The translations under genes were made by a program, and so were the position numbers. From an uncultured Rhodobacter sp. (lineage in GTDB: Bacteria; Pseudomonadota; Alphaproteobacteria; Rhodobacterales; Rhodobacteraceae), in NCBI GenBank assembly GCA_964567685.1, contig CAZMNO010000011.1:1276-65275 (forward strand): a stretch of DNA of 64,000 bases. The letters run 5' to 3'. The notes beneath the pieces are model-generated. The model saw nothing but the letters and a program-made list of their open reading frames with translations. It did not search any database and had not been told where the DNA came from. This document shows, piece after piece, positions 18,632 to 28,156 of the stretch (positions within the stretch are counted from its first letter, which is position 1; each line of letters begins with the position of its first letter).

Positions 18632-20164
18632 TCAGTGCCCTTCATTGACCAACCGCACCAGCGAGACGGCCACATAATCCTGCCCGCCACGCTGCAATAT
18701 CACCGGCGGAAGTAACCGCGCATTTGGGTCAAGGTCACGGGCCTTATCGAGTAGACGCTGACCGGTTTTTTCCGCTTTTCTGAGCGGTGAAATCGCCATC
18801 AGAAGGCCCCTGCCACGGACCTCAGCATCGCTGAGATAGGTGAAATGATGCGCGCGAATTCCCTTGAAAACCTGCATCGGTTTCCGGCCTTTGAGGGCCG
18901 TATCAATATGCGCGGCATCGATCCAGCCGGTGGTCATCAAAACATCAGTTTCGTCCAACAATCCACGGGCATTCAGGGCTGCCTCAAGCCCGCCATAGTC
19001 AAAAAGCGCGTGCGTGTTGTCCCATTTCGGCGTTTCCTCAAAGACATATTTGGTAAGGGCACCGGTATTGGCGTGCAGTGCCAGCAGCAGCAGAGGCACC
19101 CATAAAAGAACCAAAAGAGCCTTTGTCCAGATCAGAAACCGCCGTCGCACCGCCTCACCCTTTTCAGCAAGCCAGACGCCCGCCAAGGGCAGGGCGAACA
19201 ACCAGCCGGGCATTGTCCAATGGGCAAAGGGTGCTGAGCTGGTCAGGTAGATCACGTTGAAAATCGCCACCGGGCCAATTGCAATCAGCACCAGCAAAAA
19301 CCGGGGGCCTTCCTGCCAATTCCTGAGACCTGCCCACAGCCCGGCGACTGCGGCAAGAAGAACAACGGGCAACAGGAACAGGGCCTGTGCGGCGAACATC
19401 AGCGCAAAATTGACCAAACCGGTCCCACCACCGGCTCGCCCGCCATGAAAGGCAAACGAGGCCCAGTCATTGTCAAGATTCCAGAGCACAACCGGCAGCA
19501 GCCCGACAAGGCCGATCAGACCGCCAATCCAGGGCCCCGGCTGATAAAACCAGCGCCGGGCCTGAGGTGTGGCGACCATGTAGATCAGCACGGCCAACGG
19601 TATCCACGCCGCCTGATACTTCGACCCAAGGGCCAAAGCCAGCGCCAACCCTGCCCAGACCCATAGGCGCAATGGGACCCTGCCATCGCAAGAGGCAATT
19701 CGCATCAACGCCAGAACCGCCAGCGCAGAGGCCAAGTTGAGCGGCCCGTCCGGCACCACGAACACCCCACCTGACAATAAAAAGAAAGGAGAGGCGCAAA
19801 AGAGCAGCAGCGTCCACAATCCGGCGCGCGCACCCGAAACCGCGCGGCCAATTTCATAGATCACATAAGCCGTTCCCGCACCTGCCAACAGGAACGGGGC
19901 GCGATAGACCAGCCGGTGTTCAATCCCCGTCACATCGGCAAAGGCCACCGGCAGCCAGAAACTGATCGGCGGATGATCAAAAAAGCTCAGGCTGTATTCC
20001 CGCGCAACGGCAATTGCATAGGCTTCATCAACACCAAGCGGCAGAACCAGCGCCAGCGCGATCTTCACGACCATCGTGAGCCCGATCAGAAACCAGACCG
20101 CGCGCCTGGCATCGCTCTGGGAAACCGGTGAATTCTGAACAAGAGGACCTAAGAGAATGTTCAT
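18632..20164 (-). CDS. ArnT/PMT-like glycosyltransferase (GT39/GT83-type, polyprenyl-phosphate-sugar dependent)
   Basis: 510-aa ORF with about 11 TM helices followed by a soluble C-terminal domain. The N-terminal loop LGVDEAYA fits the DE/DD catalytic loop position of this family. Confidence 0.8.
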   Translation of the reverse strand: MNILLGPLVQNSPVSQSDARRAVWFLIGLTMVVKIALALVLPLGVDEAYAIAVAREYSLSFFDHPPISFWLPVAFADVTGIEHRLVYRAPFLLAGAGTAYVIYEIGRAVSGARAGLWTLLLFCASPFFLLSGGVFVVPDGPLNLASALAVLALMRIASCDGRVPLRLWVWAGLALALALGSKYQAAWIPLAVLIYMVATPQARRWFYQPGPWIGGLIGLVGLLPVVLWNLDNDWASFAFHGGRAGGGTGLVNFALMFAAQALFLLPVVLLAAVAGLWAGLRNWQEGPRFLLVLIAIGPVAIFNVIYLTSSAPFAHWTMPGWLFALPLAGVWLAEKGEAVRRRFLIWTKALLVLLWVPLLLLALHANTGALTKYVFEETPKWDNTHALFDYGGLEAALNARGLLDETDVLMTTGWIDAAHIDTALKGRKPMQVFKGIRAHHFTYLSDAEVRGRGLLMAISPLRKAEKTGQRLLDKARDLDPNARLLPPVILQRGGQDYVAVSLVRLVNEGH

Positions 20165-20184
20165 CGCATTCCCTGCCTAGCCGA

Positions 20185-21297
20185 TCAGGCCCGCCACGTC
20201 ACCAAGGCGCTGGCAACGAAGTTCCACAAAGCCCCGATGAAAGCGCCGACAAAACCCGCCAGTGCCCAAAACGGCAGCACCGCAAATACCGCCGTTGCCA
20301 CCCCGATATTGGCAATCGCCCCGACCGAACAGACCCCGTAAAACGAAATCAGCCCGCGCACAAACGCCCGCCCCTTCAGCGACCGGTCCTTATAGGTCAG
20401 CGCGTTGTTGAGAATGAAATTCGAGGTCATGGCAACCAGAACGGCCACGGTCTGTGCTGCCGCGAACTGATCCGGAACAAATCCCAGAACACCGCGCAGC
20501 ACCAATAGGTGCACCACCAACCCCGAGAGCCCGACAAGCATGAACAGAATGAACCGGATCGACACCAGCCCGCCGGTCAGGCGCACGGCCAGAAGGCCGA
20601 GAAACTCCAGCGTCACCGCGCTGTCCATCTTGCTCAACCCATGCTGACGTTCGCGAAACACATAGCCGACTTCTTGAATCTTCCAGCGCCCGCCGCTGGC
20701 CGACAGCATGTCTGCCAATATCTTGAACCCCTGTTGCTGCAGGTTCAAAACCACCGCGTTGAAGCTCTCGCGCCGCACCATGAAAAATCCGCTCATCGGA
20801 TCAGAGGCCGAGATTCTGAGGAGCCGCCGCGCCAGCGTCGTGGCAAAATCGCTGCCGCGCTTGCGGATCGCCGACAGCCCGGTCCCGGCCGAACCATCCT
20901 CAACATTGCGACTGCCGATCACCAGATCGAGCTTCGCATCCTTTTGAAGATGCTCAAACATCTTGGGCAACCGGGATTCGTCATGCTGCAGGTCCGCATC
21001 CATCACCGCGACTATTGGCGCGACGCTGGACAGAATGCCCTCGATACAGGCACCAGCCAGCCCGCGCCGCCCGATCCGGTGCACAACCCGTACATTCGGT
21101 TTCTCACGGCCAACCGCCCGCACTTCTTTCGCCGTGCCGTCAGGGCTGTCGTCGTCAACAAACACCACTTCCCAGGCGATGTCCGTCAATGCCGCTTCCA
21201 GCAATGTGAACAGCGGGCGGATGTTCTCGCGCTCGTTATAGGTCGGCACCACAACCGTCAGTTCCGGGATGCGCGTATTCAATTGGTCTGGTGACAC
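20185..21297 (-). CDS. GT2 polyprenyl-phosphate glycosyltransferase (ArnC/DPM1-like) fused to a C-terminal GtrA-like 4-TM domain
   Basis: 370-aa ORF. The N-terminal part (LTVVVPTYNERENI...VVFVDDDSPDGT...MDADLQHD) is GT2. The last ~130 aa are four TM helices with GtrA-like character. Confidence 0.85.
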   Translation of the reverse strand: MSPDQLNTRIPELTVVVPTYNERENIRPLFTLLEAALTDIAWEVVFVDDDSPDGTAKEVRAVGREKPNVRVVHRIGRRGLAGACIEGILSSVAPIVAVMDADLQHDESRLPKMFEHLQKDAKLDLVIGSRNVEDGSAGTGLSAIRKRGSDFATTLARRLLRISASDPMSGFFMVRRESFNAVVLNLQQQGFKILADMLSASGGRWKIQEVGYVFRERQHGLSKMDSAVTLEFLGLLAVRLTGGLVSIRFILFMLVGLSGLVVHLLVLRGVLGFVPDQFAAAQTVAVLVAMTSNFILNNALTYKDRSLKGRAFVRGLISFYGVCSVGAIANIGVATAVFAVLPFWALAGFVGAFIGALWNFVASALVTWRA

Positions 21298-21471
21298 GTT
21301 CTGCCCGTAATCGCTGGTTCAAACTCGGCCTCAAATCCATGATATCCGCCCGCTTGGCAAGGAAATTCTGGCAGATGCGCCGATTACCGCTCTTCTTCTT
21401 TTTGCCAAATATCCTCGCCGAAGGCATTCTGTCTCTGTCAAGTGGGTAACCTTGAGATGGCATATACCGAC

Positions 21472-22809
21472 CTAGGCCATCAGCCCGGCCGCCAGTTGTC
21501 CCTGTCGACTGACCACTCTCTCCAGATCTAGGCTGACAAGCTCAAAATCACGCACGACCTCGCGCCCTTCCACCAGAAGATGCCGCACCCGTTGTGGGGC
21601 ACAGAACACCAGAGCGGCAATTGGATCCCACGCCCCGGCATTACTGATCCCGGACATGTCCCAGATCGCGATATCCGCACGCATACCCGGCACCAGCGCA
21701 CCACAATCCGGCCGACCCAGCACTCTGGCCCCGCCAAGGGTGGCGATTTCCAGCATTTCGCGTGCCGACATCGCATCGGCGCCGTTTGCCACGCGCTGCA
21801 GCAACATCCCCTGCCGTGCCTCGCTGATCAGATCACCGCTGTCATTGCTGGCTGAACCGTCCACACCCAGCCCGACTTTCACCCCCCGATCCCGCATTGC
21901 CCTGACCGGCGCGATGCCCGAGCCAAGGCGGCAATTGGAACAGGGGCAATGGGCAACACCTGTACCTGTGCGCTGAAACAGGTCGATCTCTTCTGCATTC
22001 AGCTTCACGCAATGGGCGTGCCAAACGTCATCGCCCGTCCAGCCAAGATCCTCGGCATATTGCCCGGGACGGCAGCCGAATTTTTCCAGACTATAGGCGA
22101 TATCCTCGTCGTTTTCCGCCAGATGCGTATGCAGCATCACGCCTTTGTCCCGCGCCAGAAGGGCGGAATCGCGCATCAGTTCTCGGCTGACGGAAAAGGG
22201 TGAACAGGGGGCAATCCCGACACGGGTCATCGCCCCATCGCTGGCATCGTGAAACGCATCGATGACGCGAATGCAGTCTTCCAGAATATCCGCCTCGCGT
22301 TCAACCAGACTGTCCGGCGGCAAGCCGCCGTCGCTTTCGCCAATGCTCATCGCCCCGCGGGTTGCATGAAACCTGAGCCCGATGGATTTCGCCGCCTCGA
22401 TCGTGTCTTCAAGACGCACGCCATTGGGGTAAAGATACAAGTGATCCGAGGACATCGTACAACCCGACAATGCCAGCTCCGCCAGCCCGATCTGGGCTGA
22501 AACATACATCTCCTCAGGCCCCATCCGCGCCCAGATCGGATAAAGCGTCTGCAGCCAGCCGAACAGCAGCGCGTCCTGCCCGCCGGGAACGGCACGGGTC
22601 AGGGTCTGGTAGAGATGATGATGGGTATTGACGAGACCCGGCGTGACAACACAACCCGCCGCCTCGATCACATGATCCGCCGGGCCGAGCGAAGAACCGG
22701 TGGCGGCGATAACGCCATCCCTGATCAGGATATCCGAACCCTGAATTTCACGTCTTGTGGCATCCATGGTGACCAGAATATCAGCGTTCCGGATAAGGGT
22801 GGTCGGCAT
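21472..22809 (-). CDS. Amidohydrolase-superfamily nucleobase deaminase (8-oxoguanine deaminase / guanine deaminase-like)
   Basis: 445-aa ORF with the metal-binding VNTHHHLYQT motif, downstream HLAE and GVDGSASND motifs, and a COG0402-like layout. Confidence 0.78.
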   Translation of the reverse strand: MPTTLIRNADILVTMDATRREIQGSDILIRDGVIAATGSSLGPADHVIEAAGCVVTPGLVNTHHHLYQTLTRAVPGGQDALLFGWLQTLYPIWARMGPEEMYVSAQIGLAELALSGCTMSSDHLYLYPNGVRLEDTIEAAKSIGLRFHATRGAMSIGESDGGLPPDSLVEREADILEDCIRVIDAFHDASDGAMTRVGIAPCSPFSVSRELMRDSALLARDKGVMLHTHLAENDEDIAYSLEKFGCRPGQYAEDLGWTGDDVWHAHCVKLNAEEIDLFQRTGTGVAHCPCSNCRLGSGIAPVRAMRDRGVKVGLGVDGSASNDSGDLISEARQGMLLQRVANGADAMSAREMLEIATLGGARVLGRPDCGALVPGMRADIAIWDMSGISNAGAWDPIAALVFCAPQRVRHLLVEGREVVRDFELVSLDLERVVSRQGQLAAGLMA

Positions 22810-23064
22810 TGGCAGGCCCTTTCATGCGCGAGACTTCACGCCAGATTACTGATTTGCAGTTGCCGCGGCAACGCCGGGAAATGGCCTGAGTGGCTGGTTA
22901 GCCCAGCAGAGGTAAATATTGAGTATTTTGAAACAATGATGCCGGGTGGGAGGCTTGTTGAAATGCCTGGGTGAAGCGATCTTTATCAAAAAGCCGTGAA
23001 ATTGGTCCCCAGCCCCATTTCCCTGCTAATGTGCAGGGATCAATTCGTGAACAGGAGATTTCCA

Positions 23065-23400
23065 ATGGATCGCAGACAGTTTTTGCAAGTTTCACTGACC
23101 TTCGGCGCCGCGCTGACCCTTGCCACTTCAAATCAGGCAAGAGCGGCAACTACGCACAAGGTCAAGATTCGTGGGTTCAAGTTTTCGCCCAGAAAACTGG
23201 AGGTTGCGGTCGGCGACAGTATCGAATTTGAAAACCGCGACTCCGCTGCCCATACCGCCACCGCCACTGACAACTCCTGGGATACGGGCACGCTCGGGTT
23301 TGGCGAAAAGGCAACCATACCGGTGACCGACGGCATGAAAACCAGTTATTTCTGCCGATTTCATGCCGCAATGAAGGGCAGTTTGGTCGTGTCAGGATAA
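23065..23400 (+). CDS. Tat-exported cupredoxin (plastocyanin/amicyanin-like blue copper protein)
   Basis: I prefer the ATG at 23065, preceded by AGGAG at 23053-23057. Twin-arginine signal MDRRQFLQVSLTFGAALTLATSNQARA. Copper ligands fit H (AAHTAT) and C-x2-H-x2-M (CRFHAAM). Confidence 0.8.
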   Translation: MDRRQFLQVSLTFGAALTLATSNQARAATTHKVKIRGFKFSPRKLEVAVGDSIEFENRDSAAHTATATDNSWDTGTLGFGEKATIPVTDGMKTSYFCRFHAAMKGSLVVSG

Positions 23401-24057
23401 CGGCTCAATCAGGTCAGCCCCCTCAACGCGGTTCGAATTTACTTTCCTGTCAACCCGATGGAATTCAAGCATATCTTCTTCAGCTGGTTTCATCAGCGTG
23501 GCAGCCCCCTTTCCTTCTTCCCCCAGCCACAGCGCAGTGTTTCCGGGCGTAATGATAACCGGCATCCGGTGGTGGATCGAAGACAGCGCCTCATTGGCGC
23601 TGGTGGTGACGATGGCGCAGGTCTGCAGGGTTTCACCCCCCGTGGCGGTCCAGTCCTGCCAGATACCGGCAAGCGCCAGCACGTCAGTGCGGGCCGGATG
23701 GATGTACCAGGGCAATCGCGTACCGTCTTCGGTTTTTGTCCATTCGTAAAATCCCGATGCCGGGATCAGGCAACGCCGCTCACGACAGGCAGCGCGAAAG
23801 GCCGGTTTTTCCGCAATCGTTTCAGCCCGCGCATTGATCAAGAGCGGCCCCTCGCGGTCGCTTTTGGCCCAGTGCGGCAGAAACCCCCAGCGCATCGGTA
23901 TGAGGTACCGCCCCTCCTCGGTCGTAACGACGGTGGTTATTTTCTGCGTCGGGCAGATATTGTAGCGCGGCGTCGGCATCAACTCGGCAGCCACGGTTGC
24001 ATCGAATAACTGGGCCATCGCCTCGTCAGGCAGCATCAGGGCAAATCGTCCGCACAT
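23392..24057 (-). CDS. SOS-response-associated peptidase (SRAP/YedK family, abasic-site DNA-protein crosslink)
   Basis: The family requires Cys2 as nucleophile, so the start is set at the internal Met giving MCGRFAL... (ATG 24057-24055) rather than the track start at 24093. The 3' end overlaps the cupredoxin gene convergently by 9 nt. Confidence 0.88.
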   Translation of the reverse strand: MCGRFALMLPDEAMAQLFDATVAAELMPTPRYNICPTQKITTVVTTEEGRYLIPMRWGFLPHWAKSDREGPLLINARAETIAEKPAFRAACRERRCLIPASGFYEWTKTEDGTRLPWYIHPARTDVLALAGIWQDWTATGGETLQTCAIVTTSANEALSSIHHRMPVIITPGNTALWLGEEGKGAATLMKPAEEDMLEFHRVDRKVNSNRVEGADLIEPLS

Positions 24058-24166
24058 AGCGGCAGGATTGCCGATTTGACGGGGCTTGTCCAATGGGTTG
24101 CCTCTTTCAAATGCTCTAGCGAGTGTTTAGTTTTCACCCTGACAGGACATTGCCAAAGCCAGCCCG

Positions 24167-25624
24167 ATGCCATTTTCGTTTCAAAACACCTATGCCCGCC
24201 TGCCCGAGCACTTTTTTGTGCGCCAGCCAGCGGCAGCCAAACCAGAAGCAAATATAGTTAAGATAAATCATGGCCTTGCCAAAGCTCTTGGGGTGAACGG
24301 GGCCGATCTGGAAACACGGCAAAGTGCTGAAATCCTGAGCGCAACCCGGATCGCACAAGGCTCCGAACCGCTTGCAATGGCCTATGCCGGGCACCAGTTC
24401 GGCAATTGGGTGCCGCAACTGGGCGACGGGCGCGCGGTATTGCTGGGCGAGGTGGTGGCGCGTGACGGGATGCGGTTTGACATCCACCTCAAAGGATCTG
24501 GCCTCACGCCGTTTTCCCGCGGTGGCGATGGCAAGGCCGTTCTGGGGGCAGCGATCAGGGAATATATCGTCAGCGAGGCGATGGCGGCTCTCGGTATCCC
24601 GACCACACGCGCATTGGCGGTTGTGAGCACGGGTGAAACTGTTCTGCGCGACACCGCTCTGCCCGGGGCTGTGCTGACACGGGTCGCGCAAAGCCATGTG
24701 CGGGTCGGCACCTTTCAGTATTTTTTCGCCCGTCAGGATATCGACGCGCTGCAGCGTCTCACGGATTACGTGATCCATCGCCATTACCCCGAGGCGGCCA
24801 AGGCTGAGATACCGGCACTTGCACTTTTGCAGGCTGTTCTGACCCGGCAGGCAGAGCTGATCGCCAGTTGGATGCAGGTCGGGTTCATTCACGGCGTGAT
24901 GAACACCGACAACATGTCCATCGCCGGGGAAACCATCGATTACGGCCCTTGCGCATTCATGGATGAATACCATCCGGCGAAAGTGTTCAGCTCGATCGAT
25001 CAGCAGGGGCGTTATGCTTATGGCAACCAGCCGAATATCGCCCATTGGAATCTGGCACAATTTGCCCAGTGCCTGCTGCCGCTCATTCCACTTGAGCCTG
25101 ACGCGGCGGCCAAAGAGGCTCAGGCCGTGATCGACCGCTTCCCGGCGGAATTCAACGCAGCCCATAACAAAAGGATCGCTGCGAAAATCGGGCTGGATCG
25201 GATATCGGGCGATGACACTCCGATATTCACCGAACTTTTTGAGTTGATGGCGGCTGATACGGTTGATTTCACACTGTTTTTCACTGCATTGACCAATGAT
25301 CTGGCCACATCCGATGGTAGCGAAACCATGGCAATGTTTCAAAACCCCACAGCATTTTCAGACTGGCGCAGCCGCTGGCTGGAACGACTCGGCGATGATA
25401 AGGAAAAGGCGATTGCCCTGATGCGGGCGGCAAATCCGGTTTACATTGCGCGGAACCACCGTGTCGAGCAGGCAATATCTGCTGCCTATCAGGGGAATTT
25501 CGAGCCGTTTGAAACCCTTCTCAAGGTACTCGCGCACCCCTTCATCGCCGATCCTTCAACAGAGGATTATCAGGCCGCCCCGCGCCCTGATGAAATCGTG
25601 CACGAAACCTTCTGCGGCACCTGA
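24167..25624 (+). CDS. selO: Protein adenylyltransferase SelO (YdiU family pseudokinase-fold AMPylase)
   Basis: 485-aa ORF. N-terminal FQNTYARLPEHFF, YAGHQFG, LGDGRA and HGVMNTDNMSI motifs are typical of SelO. Confidence 0.93.
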   Translation: MPFSFQNTYARLPEHFFVRQPAAAKPEANIVKINHGLAKALGVNGADLETRQSAEILSATRIAQGSEPLAMAYAGHQFGNWVPQLGDGRAVLLGEVVARDGMRFDIHLKGSGLTPFSRGGDGKAVLGAAIREYIVSEAMAALGIPTTRALAVVSTGETVLRDTALPGAVLTRVAQSHVRVGTFQYFFARQDIDALQRLTDYVIHRHYPEAAKAEIPALALLQAVLTRQAELIASWMQVGFIHGVMNTDNMSIAGETIDYGPCAFMDEYHPAKVFSSIDQQGRYAYGNQPNIAHWNLAQFAQCLLPLIPLEPDAAAKEAQAVIDRFPAEFNAAHNKRIAAKIGLDRISGDDTPIFTELFELMAADTVDFTLFFTALTNDLATSDGSETMAMFQNPTAFSDWRSRWLERLGDDKEKAIALMRAANPVYIARNHRVEQAISAAYQGNFEPFETLLKVLAHPFIADPSTEDYQAAPRPDEIVHETFCGT

Positions 25625-25633
25625 ATGCCCTGT

Positions 25634-26047
25634 TTAAAGTTCAGGCCCGATTTCAAGTTTACTGCCGTCTGTGAAACGTGAGAACCTGAACCGCTTAAGG
25701 TCAAAACCCGGTTCAGCACCCGTGGCCAGTCTTGCCACGACCTCTCCAAAGCCGGGGCCGATTCCGAAACCGTGCGCACTCATGCCGGTGGCAAGGATCA
25801 GACCTTCTGCTCCGGGTACATGGTCGACGATGGGGACAACATCCGGCATCGTGTCGATCATCCCCGCCCATGCCTCGGTAATCTGAGGTTCGCCAAGACC
25901 TGGAAACCGGCTGGCGAAACGCTTTGTTATTCGCCTCACCTGACGGGCACTGGGTTTGGGTTCCAGCACGCGCATGGTTTCAAAGGGTGTGATCTGATCT
26001 GCGCGCCATTTTCGCGGTGTCGTCCAGGCATCGGGAAAGCCTTTGGG
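25634..26047 (-). pseudogene. C-terminal remainder of the DAO-type oxidoreductase, in frame beyond the TAG at 26050-26048
   Basis: Reading straight through the TAG gives ...VELLPA*PKGFPDAWTTPRKWRADQITPFETMRVLEP..., with exactly 24 sense codons between the TAG and the track ORF 25634-25975. The C-terminal LATGMSAHGFGIGPG is the usual DAO C-terminal FAD motif. Confidence 0.65.
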
Positions 26048-28156
26048 CTAGGCAGGTAACAATTCAACCGCTCGCCAGGAGGATTTCATCAGGGGCAAGT
26101 ATGCCAGGGCATGGCGAAAAGAATCCGGGCCGATGGGAACACTGTGTGAATCCGCCAAAGCCAGTGTATAGCCTCCGTCTTCCCGCTGCCGGATACCCAG
26201 CTCCTCGTCGCAGGCAGACCCATTGAAAACCTCTTGCAAAGGGCCAGTTTTGGCCACAGTGCCACGGATGGTCAGTTGCGGAAAACGAATGTCGTGACGG
26301 CGGGCAAACAGGGAAGACCAGGCGCCTGCGGCAAGGATAACCTGCTCGCTTTTCACAACCCCGGATTCGGTGACGACACCACTGATGCGGCCAGCCCTGT
26401 AATCAAGTGCGCGCACGACGCAGTTCTCACGGATGATCACACCGCTTTGTTGCGCCAGTGCGGCAACTGCGGGCACAGCACGCCAGGGCTCTGCCTGAGC
26501 ATCCGATGGCGTAGTCAGCCCGCATTTCCACGGATGCGCCGCCTGGCCGTTGAAATGGTCGTTAACTTCCCTGGACGACATCAAACGGCTCTCAAGCGCG
26601 TGTTCCCTGGCGATTTTCAGCCAGTCGTCATAGCCTTCTGCGGCGGCGTCCGTGCTGGCCATGAAACACGTACCACCGGTACGCAGGCCGCAACCCCCTT
26701 TGGTTTCCCTGTTGACCTCATGCCACAGCTTCAATGCGCGCATCATGATCGGAAGTTCCGCCACGTCCCGTCCCTGCTGGCGAACCCAGCCCCAATTGCG
26801 CGACGATTGCTCGCCTGCGATCCTGCCTTTTTCGCAAAGCAGAACCCGCTTATTTGCCCGCGCCAGATAAAGAGCGGCAAATGCCGGGTCTTCCGCCAGA
26901 TTGACCGCTTCTTCGGGATCGTGTTCCAGATCGAACAATTGCGGCGGCATATCGATGAAATGAATCAACTTGATGTTTTCACGGCGCAAGACATAGCCGC
27001 CCGAGCGTGTGCCGGTGCCGTGATATTCGGCAAAAACCGGTTCAGGCTTGACCTGCTCTCCTCTGAGCACGGGCCACAGGCTTTTTGCCAGACGTTTTTC
27101 TTCGTCCTCGTTCAGAGGGATTCCGGCTGCTTCAAGGAAGGTAGGATAAATATCCGTGTGCGAAACAGGCGATGGTATTCGCCGGTTTTCAGAGATTCCC
27201 GGCCCTGCCACAATCAAGGGCACGCGAAGCGACTCCTCATACATGTGAAACAGCCCGAAAACATAGTGATCCCCCAGGGAAAACCCGTGATCCGATGTAT
27301 AGACAATCAGCGTGTTGCTGGCCTGCCCAGAAGCCTGAAGCGCATCAAGGACTCGCCCGATCAGCGCGTCAAGATAAGTGACAGTCGCAAAATAGGCCGC
27401 GCGCAACGCCTGCACCTGTTCATAAGGAAGCGTGTCGGCATGCGGCACGATCTGGCGTAAATGCCTGACCGAAGGGTGGTCCGGTCGGTCGGCTGAAGAA
27501 AACCGGATCGGCGGAGGGATATCTTCTGGCTTGTAGAGTTCAAAAAACTCACGCGGTGTAACAAAAGGTGCGTGCGCCGAAATGAAGTGAACCGACAGGG
27601 CCCAGGGGGTTTCCCCGGGTGACTTGGCCAGCCAGTTTTCGGCACTCAAGGCTATTCGTTCATCAAACTGCCGGTACGGATTGTCATCACCCGCCCCATA
27701 GCGCGAGGTCCAGATATCCCACAGGCCCTGGTAACTCGGTTCTGATCCTTCGTGGCGCAACGCACTGACCAGATCACCAATTCCGTCGGCTATCTGCATG
27801 GTTTCCACAGTCGAGGTAAATCCGACATCATCTTCATCAGACCGGAAGTGCATTTTGCCGATGCCCGCCGTCTGGTATCCACTGTCTCGCAATCGCCCCA
27901 TCCAACTGGGCACCGCGCCATCATATGCTAAGGAACTGTCCCAATATCCGCTTTCATGGGGGAAGCGGCCAGTTGCCAAAGCCGCCCGTGCAGGAACACA
28001 AAGCGGGCTGGCGCAATAGGCATGTTCAAAGAGCGCACCCCTCTTTGCCAGACTGTCGAGGTTTGGTGTGTGAATTACCGGATGCCCGGCAGCCGCCAAC
28101 AGGTCCGGTGCGTGGCTTTCACCAAGAAGAAACAGGATATTCGGACGATCCGTCAA
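26048..28156 (-). CDS. Chimeric ORF: sulfatase-family hydrolase (aa 1-~425) fused in frame to an N-terminally truncated DAO-type FAD oxidoreductase; ends at an in-frame TAG
   Basis: 702-aa ORF. The sulfatase part has the CVPAR formylglycine motif (CASPLCVPARAALATGR), SDHG and LFDLEHDPEE. From ~aa 427 it reads AALYLARANKRVLLCEKGRIAGEQSSRNWGW..., a DAO family sequence missing its GxGxxG start. Confidence 0.65.
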   Translation of the reverse strand: MTDRPNILFLLGESHAPDLLAAAGHPVIHTPNLDSLAKRGALFEHAYCASPLCVPARAALATGRFPHESGYWDSSLAYDGAVPSWMGRLRDSGYQTAGIGKMHFRSDEDDVGFTSTVETMQIADGIGDLVSALRHEGSEPSYQGLWDIWTSRYGAGDDNPYRQFDERIALSAENWLAKSPGETPWALSVHFISAHAPFVTPREFFELYKPEDIPPPIRFSSADRPDHPSVRHLRQIVPHADTLPYEQVQALRAAYFATVTYLDALIGRVLDALQASGQASNTLIVYTSDHGFSLGDHYVFGLFHMYEESLRVPLIVAGPGISENRRIPSPVSHTDIYPTFLEAAGIPLNEDEEKRLAKSLWPVLRGEQVKPEPVFAEYHGTGTRSGGYVLRRENIKLIHFIDMPPQLFDLEHDPEEAVNLAEDPAFAALYLARANKRVLLCEKGRIAGEQSSRNWGWVRQQGRDVAELPIMMRALKLWHEVNRETKGGCGLRTGGTCFMASTDAAAEGYDDWLKIAREHALESRLMSSREVNDHFNGQAAHPWKCGLTTPSDAQAEPWRAVPAVAALAQQSGVIIRENCVVRALDYRAGRISGVVTESGVVKSEQVILAAGAWSSLFARRHDIRFPQLTIRGTVAKTGPLQEVFNGSACDEELGIRQREDGGYTLALADSHSVPIGPDSFRHALAYLPLMKSSWRAVELLPA

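Noticed and set aside
20509-21294. 261-aa plus-strand ORF, and similar long shadow ORFs at 26234-27460, 29374-30228, 53557-54369, 55427-56224, 51772-52425, 58909-59631 and 59193-59885
   Set aside because: All lie antisense to genes with clear family signatures (GT2, sulfatase, argD, kdsA, kpsE/T, phosphomannomutase, mrp subunits). Their translations are Arg/Pro/His-rich, as expected for non-coding frames in GC-rich genes.
24134-25342. 402-aa minus-strand ORF
   Set aside because: It is entirely antisense to selO, which has strong family motifs. Its translation is Arg/Gly/His-rich with no motif. This is a typical shadow ORF of high-GC DNA.
26048-26050. In-frame TAG in the DAO domain as programmed readthrough or pyrrolysine
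   Set aside because: There is no pyl gene context in an alphaproteobacterial-looking genome, and the same reading frame also shows an N-terminal truncation and fusion. A nonsense mutation or sequencing error is far more likely.
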